From Callorhinchus milii (lineage: Eukaryota), in assembly GCF_018977255.1 (NCBI RefSeq), contig NW_024704742.1, forward strand, positions 30,878,001 through 30,942,000: 64,000 nucleotides of DNA, read 5' to 3'. A program made the position numbers and the translations under genes. Of the stretch, positions 37,615 to 50,120 are shown in pieces (position 1 is the stretch's first letter; every line of letters begins with the position of its first letter). A model generated the notes under the pieces. It had not been told where the DNA came from and did not search any database. It was given only the letters and a program-made list of their open reading frames with translations.

Positions 37615-40600
37615 TCCACCTTATAACAAGGTTCCTCTGTATCTTACAGTTGCTTAATCTAGCGATATAATTTGTTGCATATTCAGTGCAATCTCAAATT
37701 CCCATCACTTCAAAGAACATTGTGCTGGGATTTGTTGTTTCAGGTATCAGGACTCAGTAAATGCCTGTACTGTATTGGTCTGGCTTGCATTGTCTGTTCT
37801 TTTTATCTGCTGATCCCTCTGTTCCTTTACTTCATTGATTTTAAACTACTCTGAACTATTTCTACACATATGAAGTCAAAAGTATCCGTGTCTTGTTAAT
37901 TTAAGAAACGAGTGTGAATAGTTTGAAAACTGAAAAATCTATTATGTTAAGACAAGGTTTATAATAATCATCCTCACATTTTCATATAGGCTTTTCAGCT
38001 GAGGAGGATTTCTGAAAGTGCTTCACAGGCTTTATTGTAAATTGTAGTGACTGTGCTTTGTGGGGGAACACGCCAGCCAATTTGTGTACAGCAGTGTCCC
38101 ACTAACAGCCATGGAATGAGTGACCAAATGAAAAAAATACAGATCCTTTTAACTTCATGTGTATATAAATAATCCAGAGTCATTTAAGATCAATGAAGTA
38201 AAGGAACAGAGGGATCATTAGATAAAAAGAACAGGCAGAGCAAGCTAGACGAATACAGACCTGATACCTGAAGACCAAATCCCAGGACAATGTTCCGTTC
38301 TCTTTGTGAACAGTGCCATGGGATCAACATCCAACAACTACTACTTGCATTTATATAGTACCCCTCATGGAAGGTAGCATCCCAAGAGCACTGCACTGGA
38401 GTATCAGGCTAGACTGAGTTCCAAGGCTTGACACGGTGCTTGAGCTCACAATCCTCTGACGCAGTGGCGAGCTTGCTACCAACTCAGTCAGGCTGATACC
38501 TACATACATTTGTACTGTATGGAGTGATATCTTGCACCAGGTCTAATTTAAAGATGCCTCAAACAATACTATACAGTTGTGACAATTTGCAACCCATGAA
38601 ACTGCAAACTGCTGACCCTTGTATTCTGGCACTTCTGTGGGAAGGATTCACATAGTAATGGATCCTCATGTATTATGCAGCTCAAGTAACAGCTGGTTCC
38701 ACTCCCTTGAACTTTTACTCCTAAAATGTGATACATCACTTGTGTCATGTTGGTACTCCCAGTGGTGGCTCTCTGATATCCTGAGCTTACTAGTCCTGTG
38801 GAATTCAGCCGTTTTACATCGAGGGGCTGATTGCACAGCTCCAACAGCAATGCACCATCTGTGTAGTTGGAGGTTGTGAAGAGATACATTTGTTATTTGG
38901 CCAATGGATCTCCCCCAACCCACGAGGGAAATGTAGCATTGTATATTCTCTCTGGGGGAATTACTCAGTTCTCTTTTATCGTTGTCCTTTCATGTATATT
39001 TGTTTAACCCCTTCCCTAAACCCAATACCAGTCCTCCGCCGGGCTAACACAGGCTTCCTGCACATCTCCGCCCCCTCTGCAGGGCATTCGGTGGCTGATC
39101 CTTCCGTCACTACACCCCTAAGCTCTGGACTCTATTCCTCTGTCCCTCTGGTTCACCCCATCTTTATTCGTCTTTAAATCCCACTTTAAAACCTCTCTTC
39201 AACCACGCCTACAGTCATCTCCCCCTTCGACTTTTCCCTTGATCAGTGTCTAACCCTGTCACTCTGAAGTGTTACGAGATATTATCCTACAAGAAGGGTG
39301 CTAGATAAATGTAAGTTACATTTTGTATTAGCCCAGCTGTTCTAGACATCCAGTGAATCAGAGACTACCTTGTGCATCTGTGACTCATGTAGGGAAGCAT
39401 GATTTAAGTGTCTGCCCAGTTGATGGTCTGATTTATGCTTGATTTTAAATGCCCCCCCCCCAATCACACCTGAAGTTGGCTAACATATGCCTCCAGTACA
39501 AAGTGCAGTGGAATTTTCACTATCCCAAGTTAATGTGGAATGCCACTGGATTAATTTATAACAAATCATTTCCTGATGGAGCAGACAGTCTCGGAAATAC
39601 CTGTGCCCAACAGGTAGAATAATAGAGCTTGGTGTTCAGTGACCAGTTAAATGTCTACACTAAAGTAATGAATAAGAGACAGAATTGGTGCGCTTTATTT
39701 CTATGCTTATGTGCAGTTTTGATGGACTTTTGAGATAGTCCTAGAGGTGCAACAAAGGATAGATTGCAGTGTGACACTGCTCTTGCCTTGCCTCTGACCC
39801 CTCCCTCCATTAATCTACACAAAGATCACTGAGCAGCAGATCATGTTCATAATTTTCTGACCAGGCTTGTAGGCACTGCTTTGAGAGAGCCTTTATGATT
39901 GACTCTCAATTCCACTGTGTGGGAGAGATCTTAGGAAAGGGAACTGTCCATAACATGCAATAGATAACTTGCACCTAAACAAAGGCACCTATAGTCTCTA
40001 AATTGTGTGTGAGCATGATTAAGAGTCCCATCCTTGAAGGGGGTGATGTGCAAGCAGCGTGTAAGACAAGATCCAGCCGAACTGTGATGACCTCACAGGT
40101 TAAAGGCCTCCCAACCCTCTGTCAGTGTCAGCACATGAATAATGGCCACTTAGGCAATGTATCAGACTCCTACCCCAGTAGATTTGAGTCTTAACAAGGG
40201 AGGGAGTAAATTTGGAAGAGGAAAAAAACTGTAATCATTCTATACGTTCTGATAAAAAATGTATATTATTGTGTATGTGTGTACCTACACACATATATAG
40301 ATTTTCTCATCAAAGGCTAAAGAGATCAAGAGGTTATGAAATATACCCTTTAATTGGGGATTTGTTTAGCAGGAGACATTAATAGTTATTGTAAAATTCA
40401 AATATTGACATCCAATCTGTGCACTCAGAGCCACAGGGTAAATGCGACACCTCATGTGTACTGTCTGTTTGGGGGATGTTGCTGCTGTTTCTTTGTTGAA
40501 CAGAAGAAGTTTCTTCGGGAAGCTTGCAGGACAATGGTGGCCCAGGGTAACTGCGTGAAGCTTGGCATTGAGCATCGATGTGAGCACGGCTTAGTTCAGA

Positions 40601-43600
40601 TGGTGTTTCACAGCATCACGGGCAGCCCTGTCCTGGTTTAACAGAGACCTCCCAATATTTCCTTGTCCTGCGCCAAGTCACAGCTGCGCAGCTGTGGCAT
40701 TGGAGCAGCATATTTAATAAGTGTCCGGGGAGGCGGGGGCAATGGCTTTCAGTGAGCCTTGGAAGATGAGGGGGGTGGGTTGAAGGAAACGGCAAGTGTA
40801 GGCTGAGCTCCAGTGTGTGGCACTTCCTGTGAAGGGTTATGGTGAGAGAAACATTTGACATGCTACTGCTGTTTGTCTGAAAGGACCCAATGTGTTTGGA
40901 CTTTCTCAATAGCTATAGGATTTGATGCAGGACCAGGTCAGTTCAGGCCACGCAAGTGCCATGCTGTGAAGGCGGGAGAAACAATTCCTGTTTACTATCC
41001 CAAGTTAGCTTCATCTCCACTACCGACCGACCCAGCTGCTTCCCTTAAGCCATTGGAACTATATTTACTCTGCGTTGTGCAAATCGTGGAGCGCAGCAAT
41101 AATGTCTCATTCAGAGCCTGTTCCCGTCTGAAATGGGTGTGGAATTTGCTATGAAGGTCTGACTTGTGTTGGTGAGTCTCATTCGTTTATCTCTTGACTG
41201 TGTTGCAGTCCCTCTGGCTATCTGCTGTTAGAGCATGAATAGTGTGCTGTGAGCTACAGTAAAGCGTTGGGATTTACTGCCCTCATTGCTCGGTTCTGTC
41301 AGAATGTCAGTAACCTGTTGAGATTGCTCAGGCTGACTGAGATAGTGAAACATCGCTAGAATGTGTTCTGAAAAGTTTTCAGTCACTTCAGTACATTCTT
41401 TCCGTAAAATATACAGCCTAAAACGCAAACCCCTAAAACTTTGAATATTCTGATTGATTATGATCTGCAAATGTTACACCGCAACTCAATGGTAAGCATC
41501 TGGGTGAATAACTAAGGACCTGTAGTATAAATGGTATTCTATATGGCCAATTCCACAAGCATGAATTGAACCTGGCCCCTCAGTTGACCCCGTCTAAATG
41601 TGCGCCTCACCTAAGCTGTTGGATAAAGCATTTTTTTTAATACCAGAGCACAGAAGTAGAAAATAATAAAGCCATCTTCTGTCAGTCAATGTGCTCTGTC
41701 ATCCTGAATAACACACTTGTGTGGTGCAGTTTTTGTAGCACTGTGCTTTTTGAGATCTACAGACTAACTGGGAACGGAGTTGAGCATTTTCTGAGTGAAG
41801 GGGTCTACTGTGTGGGAAGAAGCTTTTGACTCCTGCTGCACAAAGGAATTACCATATATACAGCATTAAAAAGCAGTCAAATAGAAAATGGGCAGACCTA
41901 GTGGTGCAAGGGTCACTAATTATCAATATAAGGCTGGACCGAGCTGGACAAGCAGCAGCAAGTTTGCTAGATAGACAGTGTTCGTAATGACAAGCTATGT
42001 GTTTTTAGCTGGTTAAACACCAGATTACTTCAACCAACCCCAAAACCTCAATCTTGCCAACATGCGCCTAATATTCTCTAGAATTAGGTAAACAAGATGG
42101 CCACAAAAACACAACCACTCCACTTTACAGTGTATCCTATGAAACCCTTTAGGACATCCTCCTGATGTACAAAGCACTATACCAAATACAAGTATTATTA
42201 TCAATATTATTACCTTTGGGAGAAGGCGATGTACAGTATAACATATATAATATATAAAAGCTAAGGTTGTGAAACAATGCAGTAACATCCTATGTTTTAA
42301 TGAAGACATTGCCAAATACATTGTTATGCTTTTAATATAAGCTCAGATTAGAGTGCTTCAGGTACCCAGGAAGTACTACAGCCAAGGAATACACATGCCT
42401 GACATTTAGTATGAGCTTTGCACATTCTAATTATAATGATAATCATTCTTGCACTTGTTACAGAACCAAGAATGTCAACATCTCAATACTCTTCACAGTT
42501 TTGAGATGTTGATCAGTGTAGTGACTGTGTACTCGAAGGCAAGTGCAACAAGCCATTCACAACAAAATAAATGACCAATATATCTGGAGATTTGTTATTC
42601 ACTGAGAAACTCCCTTCTCTTTTCCAGTAGTACCATGGGACCTTTAACATCTACCTGAATAGGCAAAATGGACCTCGGTTTAATGTCTCATCCAATGGAT
42701 TGCACCTCTGACAATGCAGTACGTCTGTAGCAATGCACTGGCATGCCAGTCTAGACATTGAACTCAAAAGTGCAGATCTGGGGCTCTGAGCCAGAGGAGA
42801 GAGTGGTACCAACTGAACCTAATGTTCTATGCTTTTTCAGAGTGCTGAAGATTTTGCCACAGACCATGTTGGAAAATTTTGTGGGCAAACACATGTATGT
42901 CAGACTGGTGATGAAATCTGGGAAAGACAGGATGGTAAAAATGTTTTACTGCAGGACCATTAGTTCTGAGCAAAGTTAGGATTTGTAAACCGTTAATGTA
43001 ACTCGGCAGTTTGTGGGACATTGCCTGCGCAAATTAACTCCTATGTTTGCCTACAAAATTCAGTTACCACACTCAACAGCAATTAGCTGTGAAAGACATT
43101 TTAGGCCACTCAGTGTTATAGGCACTACATCAAATGCAACGGTTATTTGTCTAAGGATCATTTTAACAACTTACAATGCGATCCAAAATGGGGCTTGTTT
43201 ATATGATCATAATTTTATGATGTTATAATTATTGCAGTATTAGGGAGCATCTGCTGTGGGTAAAACTGTCTTTGGAAGGAAGCATTTGATCCCTTTTGAG
43301 ATGTGGCTATTTTAAAGTATTTATGGTAAACCTTTTTTGTGTAGTAAGGGGCCGAAACACTGAGCTATTCAGTGTTGGACTTTCCTCCTTGGACTGAGTC
43401 TCCAGCAGCCTCGGTTTCCAGTAACACTGCATTTGTTCTGTGCTCACTATAACACCATTGTGTATCCAAGGCTGGATTGCTAAATGGTTCCCAACCACCA
43501 AAAAGAATCTGATACAATAGAAATACATCATTTTTGACAACTAAAGGACCTAGGAAGCTGTTATCCACTGTGTGTAAATTGTAAACCTTCAATATTAAGC

Positions 43601-45401
43601 AGCGTTTACTCATAAACCCCACACATTCCCCAGCGTTTGACTATTTTGGGAAGAAATAGCAGTTTTGTGGATTTCACCTGGTTTGTTATTTTGTAAGAAT
43701 TTGTAGCTCAATCAATTTTACAGGATGACCAATTTAAGCCACTTTGGCTTCAAATTTTCATTGTCATTTTGTGGAAAGTAATCTTCCTGTGTTGATAGGA
43801 GGTTGAAGATTGCATTGGCACATTTTAACGAAACAAAAAACAAACCTTTGTAAGTACTAAGAATGGAATCATAGAAATTTACAGGACTGAAGGAGGCCAT
43901 TCGGCACATCACGTCTGTACCTGCTCTCAGAGCAAGCTGTATTTTCAATCCCACTGGCCAACACTATCCCTATACCACTTCAAGTCTCTACCTTTCATAT
44001 ACCTGTCTACTTCCCTCTTAAAACCATCGCCCCTCTTTCCAATTCTGCCTGGATAAGAGTGGACCAAAACCTTATGTACCTGGTTCTACTAAAGCACAAC
44101 AGGCTACTTTAGGAAAGTAGGAGCTCTTGTGCAATGTAAAAGTATAGGAGAGGGGATTAAATGAGATGGAGGCTCATGTGGAATATAAACCCTGCCACGG
44201 ACTAGTCAGGCCAAATTACTGTAATGTTCTATGCATTAGGGAGAGGTATTGTAAGTGTCTAGGAACTGCCTACCCAATGAACAGAGAAAAGATGTCTTCA
44301 GGAGAAAAATGTAGGGGAGAAAACTGGCGGTGGAGGGGGAGGAGGATTAGGGTTAGTGCACCTAATGACTAACTTTACAGCTTGCTTTCATATTATCACA
44401 GTGTTTGATGTACTGTGATCAAAAGAAATGGGCCAAGGTCATTGTATAACAAAAACAGATTGACATTTATAAATGGTATCTTTTCAAGGAGGCACTTGTC
44501 TTACTTAAGTAATAAAAAATACAGTCCGCTCTCCTCCTTCCAAAGCAAATGACTAAACATTTATTTATATATTTGTTAAAAAAAAAGGCCTACCCCGCGG
44601 CTTACTGGTGTTGCAGTGAAGGTGTTGCATTGTGTGATTCTCAGCCACACATAAAAGGAAAGCTCGAAGTTCACTAACAGGTCTTGGAGAGACAGACCGG
44701 CCACTGGGGATGGAATTCTTCCAACTCAGCTTCTGTTATCCCTGCAAGCCAGAGCCCTAACGGGTAGGATGTCCTAACTGAACTGCAGTGCTTTCAATGG
44801 CAAGCTATGCAATTTTAGCTGGTTAAACTCCCAACAGTAGCCCAACGCACACTCTGGGGTCCCCAAGTCTTCCCAACCTGCGCCTAATTCTAGAATTAGG
44901 TAAGTGAAGTGGAAGAAGTTCACATTCCATACATCCGGATATTTCAATGTGTAGGTTGCTTAAATATATAGCTATGTCTGGTTTGGGATATTCTTAAGCA
45001 CGTTTATGGGTTTCTGCATGTGTCGGGACATCCGGCTGAACAAAAGATGGTCCCACATTTGATCCCTGGTCGATGCTGACTTTAGCTACCATTATACCGA
45101 GGGCCTGCGAGTGCTGTAAATTCTGTTATCACAGGAGGACTCACAATGATGGTGCATTGATCTATTTTGAGGTGTCTGTGAATAGTCTATCATGGTGGGA
45201 CTTTCAATTCGTGCATACATAGAACCAGTGGGATTTTCTGATTGCTGCATAAACACCCACTGGGACTAAGGACCTGGAGGTGAAGTCTTCTGATGTGCGG
45301 GGCAATGTGGCTCAAAGGCTGTCCTAGCGATTGAGTGCTTTAGATGTGTACTCCGAAATTTTCAACTGTTAAACTCTGTCTTTTACTTGGCTTATCTTCA
45401 G

Positions 45402-45696
45402 GCATGGAAGAAGCGCTGGTTTATACTCCGGAGTGGACGTCTGACGGGAGACCCAGACGTGTTGGAATACTACAAAAATGATCACACAAAGAAACCCATC
45501 CGCGTCATTGACTTGAATCTTTGCGAACAAGTGGACGCCGGGCTGACCTTTAACAAGAAGGATCTCGAGAACAGTTATATTTTTGACATCAAAACAATCG
45601 ACCGTGTCTTCTACCTTGTGGCAGACACCGAAGAGGAAATGAATAAGTGGGTTCGATGCATCTGTGACATCTGTGGGTTCAATCCTACTGATGAGG
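45402..45696 (+). CDS. GAB1: GAB1 coding exon 2 (bulk of the N-terminal PH domain), 295 nt, phase 0 to phase 1
   Basis: Acceptor cttatcttcAG (45400-45401) and donor GTaagt (45697). Translation: [98 protein letters not shown]. This matches my recollection of the GAB1 PH domain; [22 protein letters not shown] and [14 protein letters not shown] are GAB1-type rather than GAB2-type. Confidence 0.97.
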
Positions 45697-46164
45697 GTAA
45701 GTGTGCTACGTTCTGTCAGTCCACTAATAGATTTCTACCATTAAAGGTACTTTTGATGGCATGGAATGAGATTGCATTGATGTCTGATACACAATTAGTA
45801 GTAATGAAAAGATCTTATCTTTTCTTGGACCCAAATGATCCATGTTGCAATAACCCTTGTGGCTTCCAGTTCCACCAGATAAATCTGACTCACTGAAATG
45901 TCTGTTACAGTACTAGGGTATTCAGTATGGTGTTAATATCCACATCAAGACTAAAATGGTGGATAATTCAGTTAAAACTCTGATGTAACCCATACCAGAG
46001 TAGGAATGCAATAAGAAGTTAGTGCAAGCCTAAGACTGTGTTGTAAACTCTACACCCATTTCTATGTCACATGAAGTTTTTCTTTTGAACAAGGGAGGCA
46101 TCTGATAACACAAGTGTCCACTTTAGCCCTCTTACACTCAGGGTGTCAGTCTGGCTCATTTTAG

Positions 46165-46615
46165 ACGTCAGCCTGGCTCAGTTTATAGCACTCACACATC
46201 TGAGTCAAAAGGTTGTGAGTTCAGGCACCACGTTAGGACTTTGAGCTCCTATAGTCAATACTGACACTCCAGAGCAGTGCAGGCAGCCTCCCTCTTGCTG
46301 CATTGTTGTACATACCGTCCTTCAAATCTTGACGTTAAACTGAAGAGAAATCTGTCTGTTCAAGTGAATCTTAAAGATCCTATGGCACCATTCGAAAAGA
46401 GAAGTGAGTTTCTGCCAGTGTGCTGGCCAACAATTCCCCAAATAAAACTGGTCATTCACTCTGTAGCTGTTTGTGAGACATTGTTGTACAAATCAGCTGC
46501 CACGTTTGCCAATAAAATGCAGAGTTACTACATTTAGAGCATCATGTGAAGCATTTTGAGACATGCTCTCGATGTGAAAGGGGCTGTATCAAATGCAAGG
46601 ATTATTATTATTATT
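46165..46615 (+). mobile_element. Deu-domain SINE (DeuSINE/SacSINE1-like)
   Basis: Head gtcagcctggctcagtt..tagcact..tctgagtcaaaaggttgtgagttca, a Deu-like core (gacgttaaac..aaagatcctatggcaccattcgaa..gagttt), and the common L2-type tail. The family name is from recalled consensus. Confidence 0.8.
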
Positions 46616-48741
46616 GTCTGCCGCCTTTAGAACGGCGTCCAGGTAAAGCTGAGAGGTACAGACATGTTAACATAATTGCATTCCTATGATTGCTTCAGTA
46701 TTGGTAATGTGAGTGAGGGGAAAACAGTGATTGGAGCGAATCGTTTGTCACTTTTGAGATGTAGCCACTTTCAATTATTTATGATAAATCTTTTGTAAAG
46801 TAAAAGTGGCCGAAACACTGAGCTATTCAGTGTTGGGACTTTCCCGATTGTGCTGGGGCTCTAGCCACCTTGGTTTCCAGTAACGTGCCCTAGGGTCTGG
46901 CTTCTCCAGTCAATGAGAGCAGGCCAGGCAGTTCTGGAGGGCAAGAGTGAAGTTTTCAATTTCTTTTTCTTTTTGACTGCAAAAAAAAAACCTAGACAAT
47001 CATTCAACTTGCCTCGGGTTCACCTGCAATGTGTAGTAAGTTCAGAGGCTGAGTTAGAAACTCTCGAAAATGTCTGCGTTATGGAAACGCTGAAGATGTA
47101 TAGCGTACAGTATTTGTGTTCTATGGCAACCTCTGCTGTACCTCTGGTCTTGCCCTTCCCCAAGCTTGCATGCACATAATGAGCACTTAGACTGTTCAAA
47201 GGTTACTGAGAAATAAATAGGTCTGGGCTTAAGGATTTCATAACCTTTCTGCGTGTTGCCCTTGACTGTCACAAAGTGCAATTACGCTTGTCTACGGGCA
47301 TCAGTTAACCACTCCTCGCACTTGGTGACATTTACAAACAAGGTCACGGTTTGGGGTGCATCTGTGTCTAATGTTACAGATTGAAAAGAGGCCAGTGCTT
47401 GCTGGTTTTCTTTGCTGCTATCTCCTCCTTCGAGCGACGTTTGTTGCTATCTGCAAAGTGAGTTGATGTCATGAATCGGAGAATTTTTGGCAGGGTTATT
47501 AAAGGCTACAGAATGGTCTTTTATTCTCTATCACCAGAGAGGCAGCCTCCCTCTTGCTGCTGAAACACAAGTATTGCCGCGCGTGTAATTGTTCGAACTG
47601 AAAAACAAAATTTATCTTCTGTTTTGAGCACAAAGCTCTCGAATACACACTTGAGGGCTGAATTCACTGGTTTTAGCCTTAAGACTATTTCTTAAAATTT
47701 CAGATTGTGGTGAATTTTGGCAAATTCAAGAATTAAGTTTTAACATGGGAGCAGTTTTCCTATTTGTTCTTTCTTAAAAAAAAGTAGAAAACCAGATTCA
47801 AATTGAATCGGCGCTGTTGAGCACATGTTGATTTAGAGGGTGGGGTCGATTTTCGGGTCCTCTGTGGATTAATTACTGTACAGGATTCTCGTGCTGACTT
47901 ACCTGCTTACCATGATTAATAATGGTTGACTTCTGGCTCGTCAGGTCACCGCTGACATCAATTCCTGCACACTACGCGCAGGAGGTGCCACTGATGTCAC
48001 TTTCTGTGTGTGTGATATGACTCTGTGCGTTCATTAGAAAGAAGCCCGAAAAGTGACGCCACAATCCAGAGGGCAGACACTTCTAAAACTTCGTTCTAAT
48101 GGCAACCTCTAAGATATTGGGCCCGGAACACATTAGCACAGCATTGCCTTGTAGTTTTAAGGATAAAACCATGTGCATTTTCAGGGCTATGAAGGAGAAA
48201 GATATAAAATGGTGTTGTGCGTACAGAGCTAATTAATAAGGCGAACCACATTGGCTTATGCAAGATTTTCTCATTTCAGTTGCTTTGTTTTTACTAAATA
48301 ATGGAATCAGGTCATCAGTATATTCAGTGAATTTCTATTTGCATCTAGTAGGCTTTTACTTTACAATTATAGTATAATAATAATCAATTCATTTGAACTG
48401 TAACATCAAAACCACTCAAAAAGTGCTTCACAAGTAATTGCTCTAAAACGTGTAGTTACTGTGTAAGCAGACACAGCAGTCAATTTGCTCACAGTAATCT
48501 CCCATGGCCATAAATTGACTGAACAATTTTATCCATAGGATTATTATGAAACAAGTTTCCAAATTAAACCTTTCAGGTAACAAACGCAACTAGCAGCATT
48601 TAATTACTCACTTCCAGCCACTCAGCAAAGCTGGATATTTGACTTCCTAAGAGCTCAGAGTACAGTCTGTCACTGAAACCAGCGCTCTGAGACGCTACCC
48701 TGTGTGGAGGGCACTATATAAGTGCGTTTGGCCTGAATTCT

Positions 48742-49068
48742 GGAGTCCTGTAGCTCAGTGGTTAGAGCACTCGCTTTGCAAGTGAGAGACCTGAGTTCAA
48801 TTCCAGGCAGAGGGCGAAACCTTGGGCAAGTTTCCTTACTCCACACAGAGCCTAATAATAATCCCTCAAAAACCCAAAACAGCAATAAATTGGTCATTTT
48901 CAATCTACGACTGTTTGTGGGACATTGCTGTGCGCAATTGGCTGCCGCGTTCGCCCACAAATATACAGTCAATTCACTTTACAGTGTGTTCTGTGAAGCG
49001 CTTTGGGACGTCCTCCCGACGTGAAAAGCGCTATATCAAATGCAAGGATTATTATTATTATTATTATT
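48742..49068 (+). mobile_element. Full-length tRNA-headed SINE (family A)
   Basis: Closely similar to 31978-32292 from head to (att)n tail. Confidence 0.92.
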
Positions 49069-49309
49069 CTTGACAACGGTGGCTAGATGAGCCCACTGCT
49101 GAGGTAGTACATCAGAATAACAAAATAATCTCAACAGCAGTCATGGGGCGAGAACATTCGTGTAGGAAGATCGAGAAAACAGCTGTTGATCTGACATGGG
49201 CACACGTGGAATATAGTCATAGGAATGAGGTCATTCTAAACATTGCACAACTCAATGGAAAAATAACAATAATAAATTGTTATCAAATGCAAAGATTATT
49301 ATTATTATA

Positions 49310-50120
49310 GAACAACAACAAGAAGTTACATTAATAAACGCCTTTCACATCAGGAGCGCGGCTCAGAGAGCTTCATACAGCCATCTGGATCCTTGAGCTG
49401 GGGGTGAGGTGAGGTCTCAGTGGCTGAAAGCTTTAGTCAAAAAGATAGCCGTGTTTTGAAGGCCGAAAGGGACAGGTAAGGTAGGGCACCCGATATGGAG
49501 TTTTAGAGAGAGGGGGTAGCATTGTTGCAAACTTGTTGAGTTGCAGCCATGGAGGGATTTGAAGATGAAGATGAGGATCTTGAATTTAATCCTCTGGGTG
49601 GTGGGGAGTAAGGGGAGCTGAGGGAGGATCGGGTGATGGGCTCGGGAAGCCTGGTGCAGGATAGAAGGTGAGCTGCAGAGTTCTGGATAATCTGCAGTTT
49701 GCTAGGGAGAAGTTGGGAGACCAACAAGCAAGGTGTTGGAATAATCAAGCCGGGATGTGATCAACAACAACTTGGATTTATATAGCACCCTCCACACCAT
49801 AGGGTGTCTCAGAGTGTTTTACAGTAACGGATCCTGGGACCGAGCCAAGGGGAGGGGGAGGAAGGTGACCAAAGGCGCGGTCGAAAAGAAAGGCCTTCAG
49901 CTGAGACCTGAAAATGGGAAGGAAGGGAGCGAGAAGAAGGGAGTGAGGAAGGCAGTTCCAGAGCCTCGGGACATAGTGGCTGAAGGCACGGCTGCCGAGG
50001 GTGGAGCGGAGAGGGTGAGGATCTTGAAATCGATCCTCTCTGGGATAGGCAGCCAGTGCAGTCTGGCAAGGACTGGGGTGATCGGGGAGCAGAGTTTCGT
50101 GAAGATGTGAATGAGAGTCT
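49310..50120 (-). mobile_element. Two adjacent or nested minus-strand L2 3' fragments
   Basis: Minus ORF 49503-49748 contains LPSKLQIIQNSAAHLLS. Two (caa)n tail starts at ~49311 and ~49762. A related decayed minus-strand fragment lies at ~1180-1640. Confidence 0.8.

Larger units (their letters stand above)
1..45401 (+). other. GAB1: GAB1 intron 1 (3' part; exon 1 not seen in the window)
   Basis: I found no ORF encoding the GAB1 N-terminal GWLRKSPPEKKL segment upstream of exon 2. The sequence is repeat-rich and non-coding. Confidence 0.75.

Noticed and set aside
43350..43410. Hammerhead ribozyme in the exon-2-flanking repeat (GAAAC-stem-GTT)
   Set aside because: It resembles stem III, but no CUGANGA core is correctly placed in either copy.
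45402..45696. Assignment to GAB2 or GAB3
   Set aside because: The first residues (AWKKRWFIL) look GAB2-like, but the remaining diagnostic residues and exons 3 and 4 match GAB1 as I recall it. A phylogeny would settle it.
45387..45896. 169-aa ORF as a standalone single-exon PH-domain protein
   Set aside because: Homology starts exactly after the AG at 45401 and stops at the GTAAGT donor at 45697. The flanking residues are intron read-through, and the listed start codon is TTG.
47530..47547. CTCF site (tcaccagagaggcagc)
   Set aside because: The spacing deviates from the CCASYAGRKGGCRS core by one base, so it is not supportable without a PWM scan.
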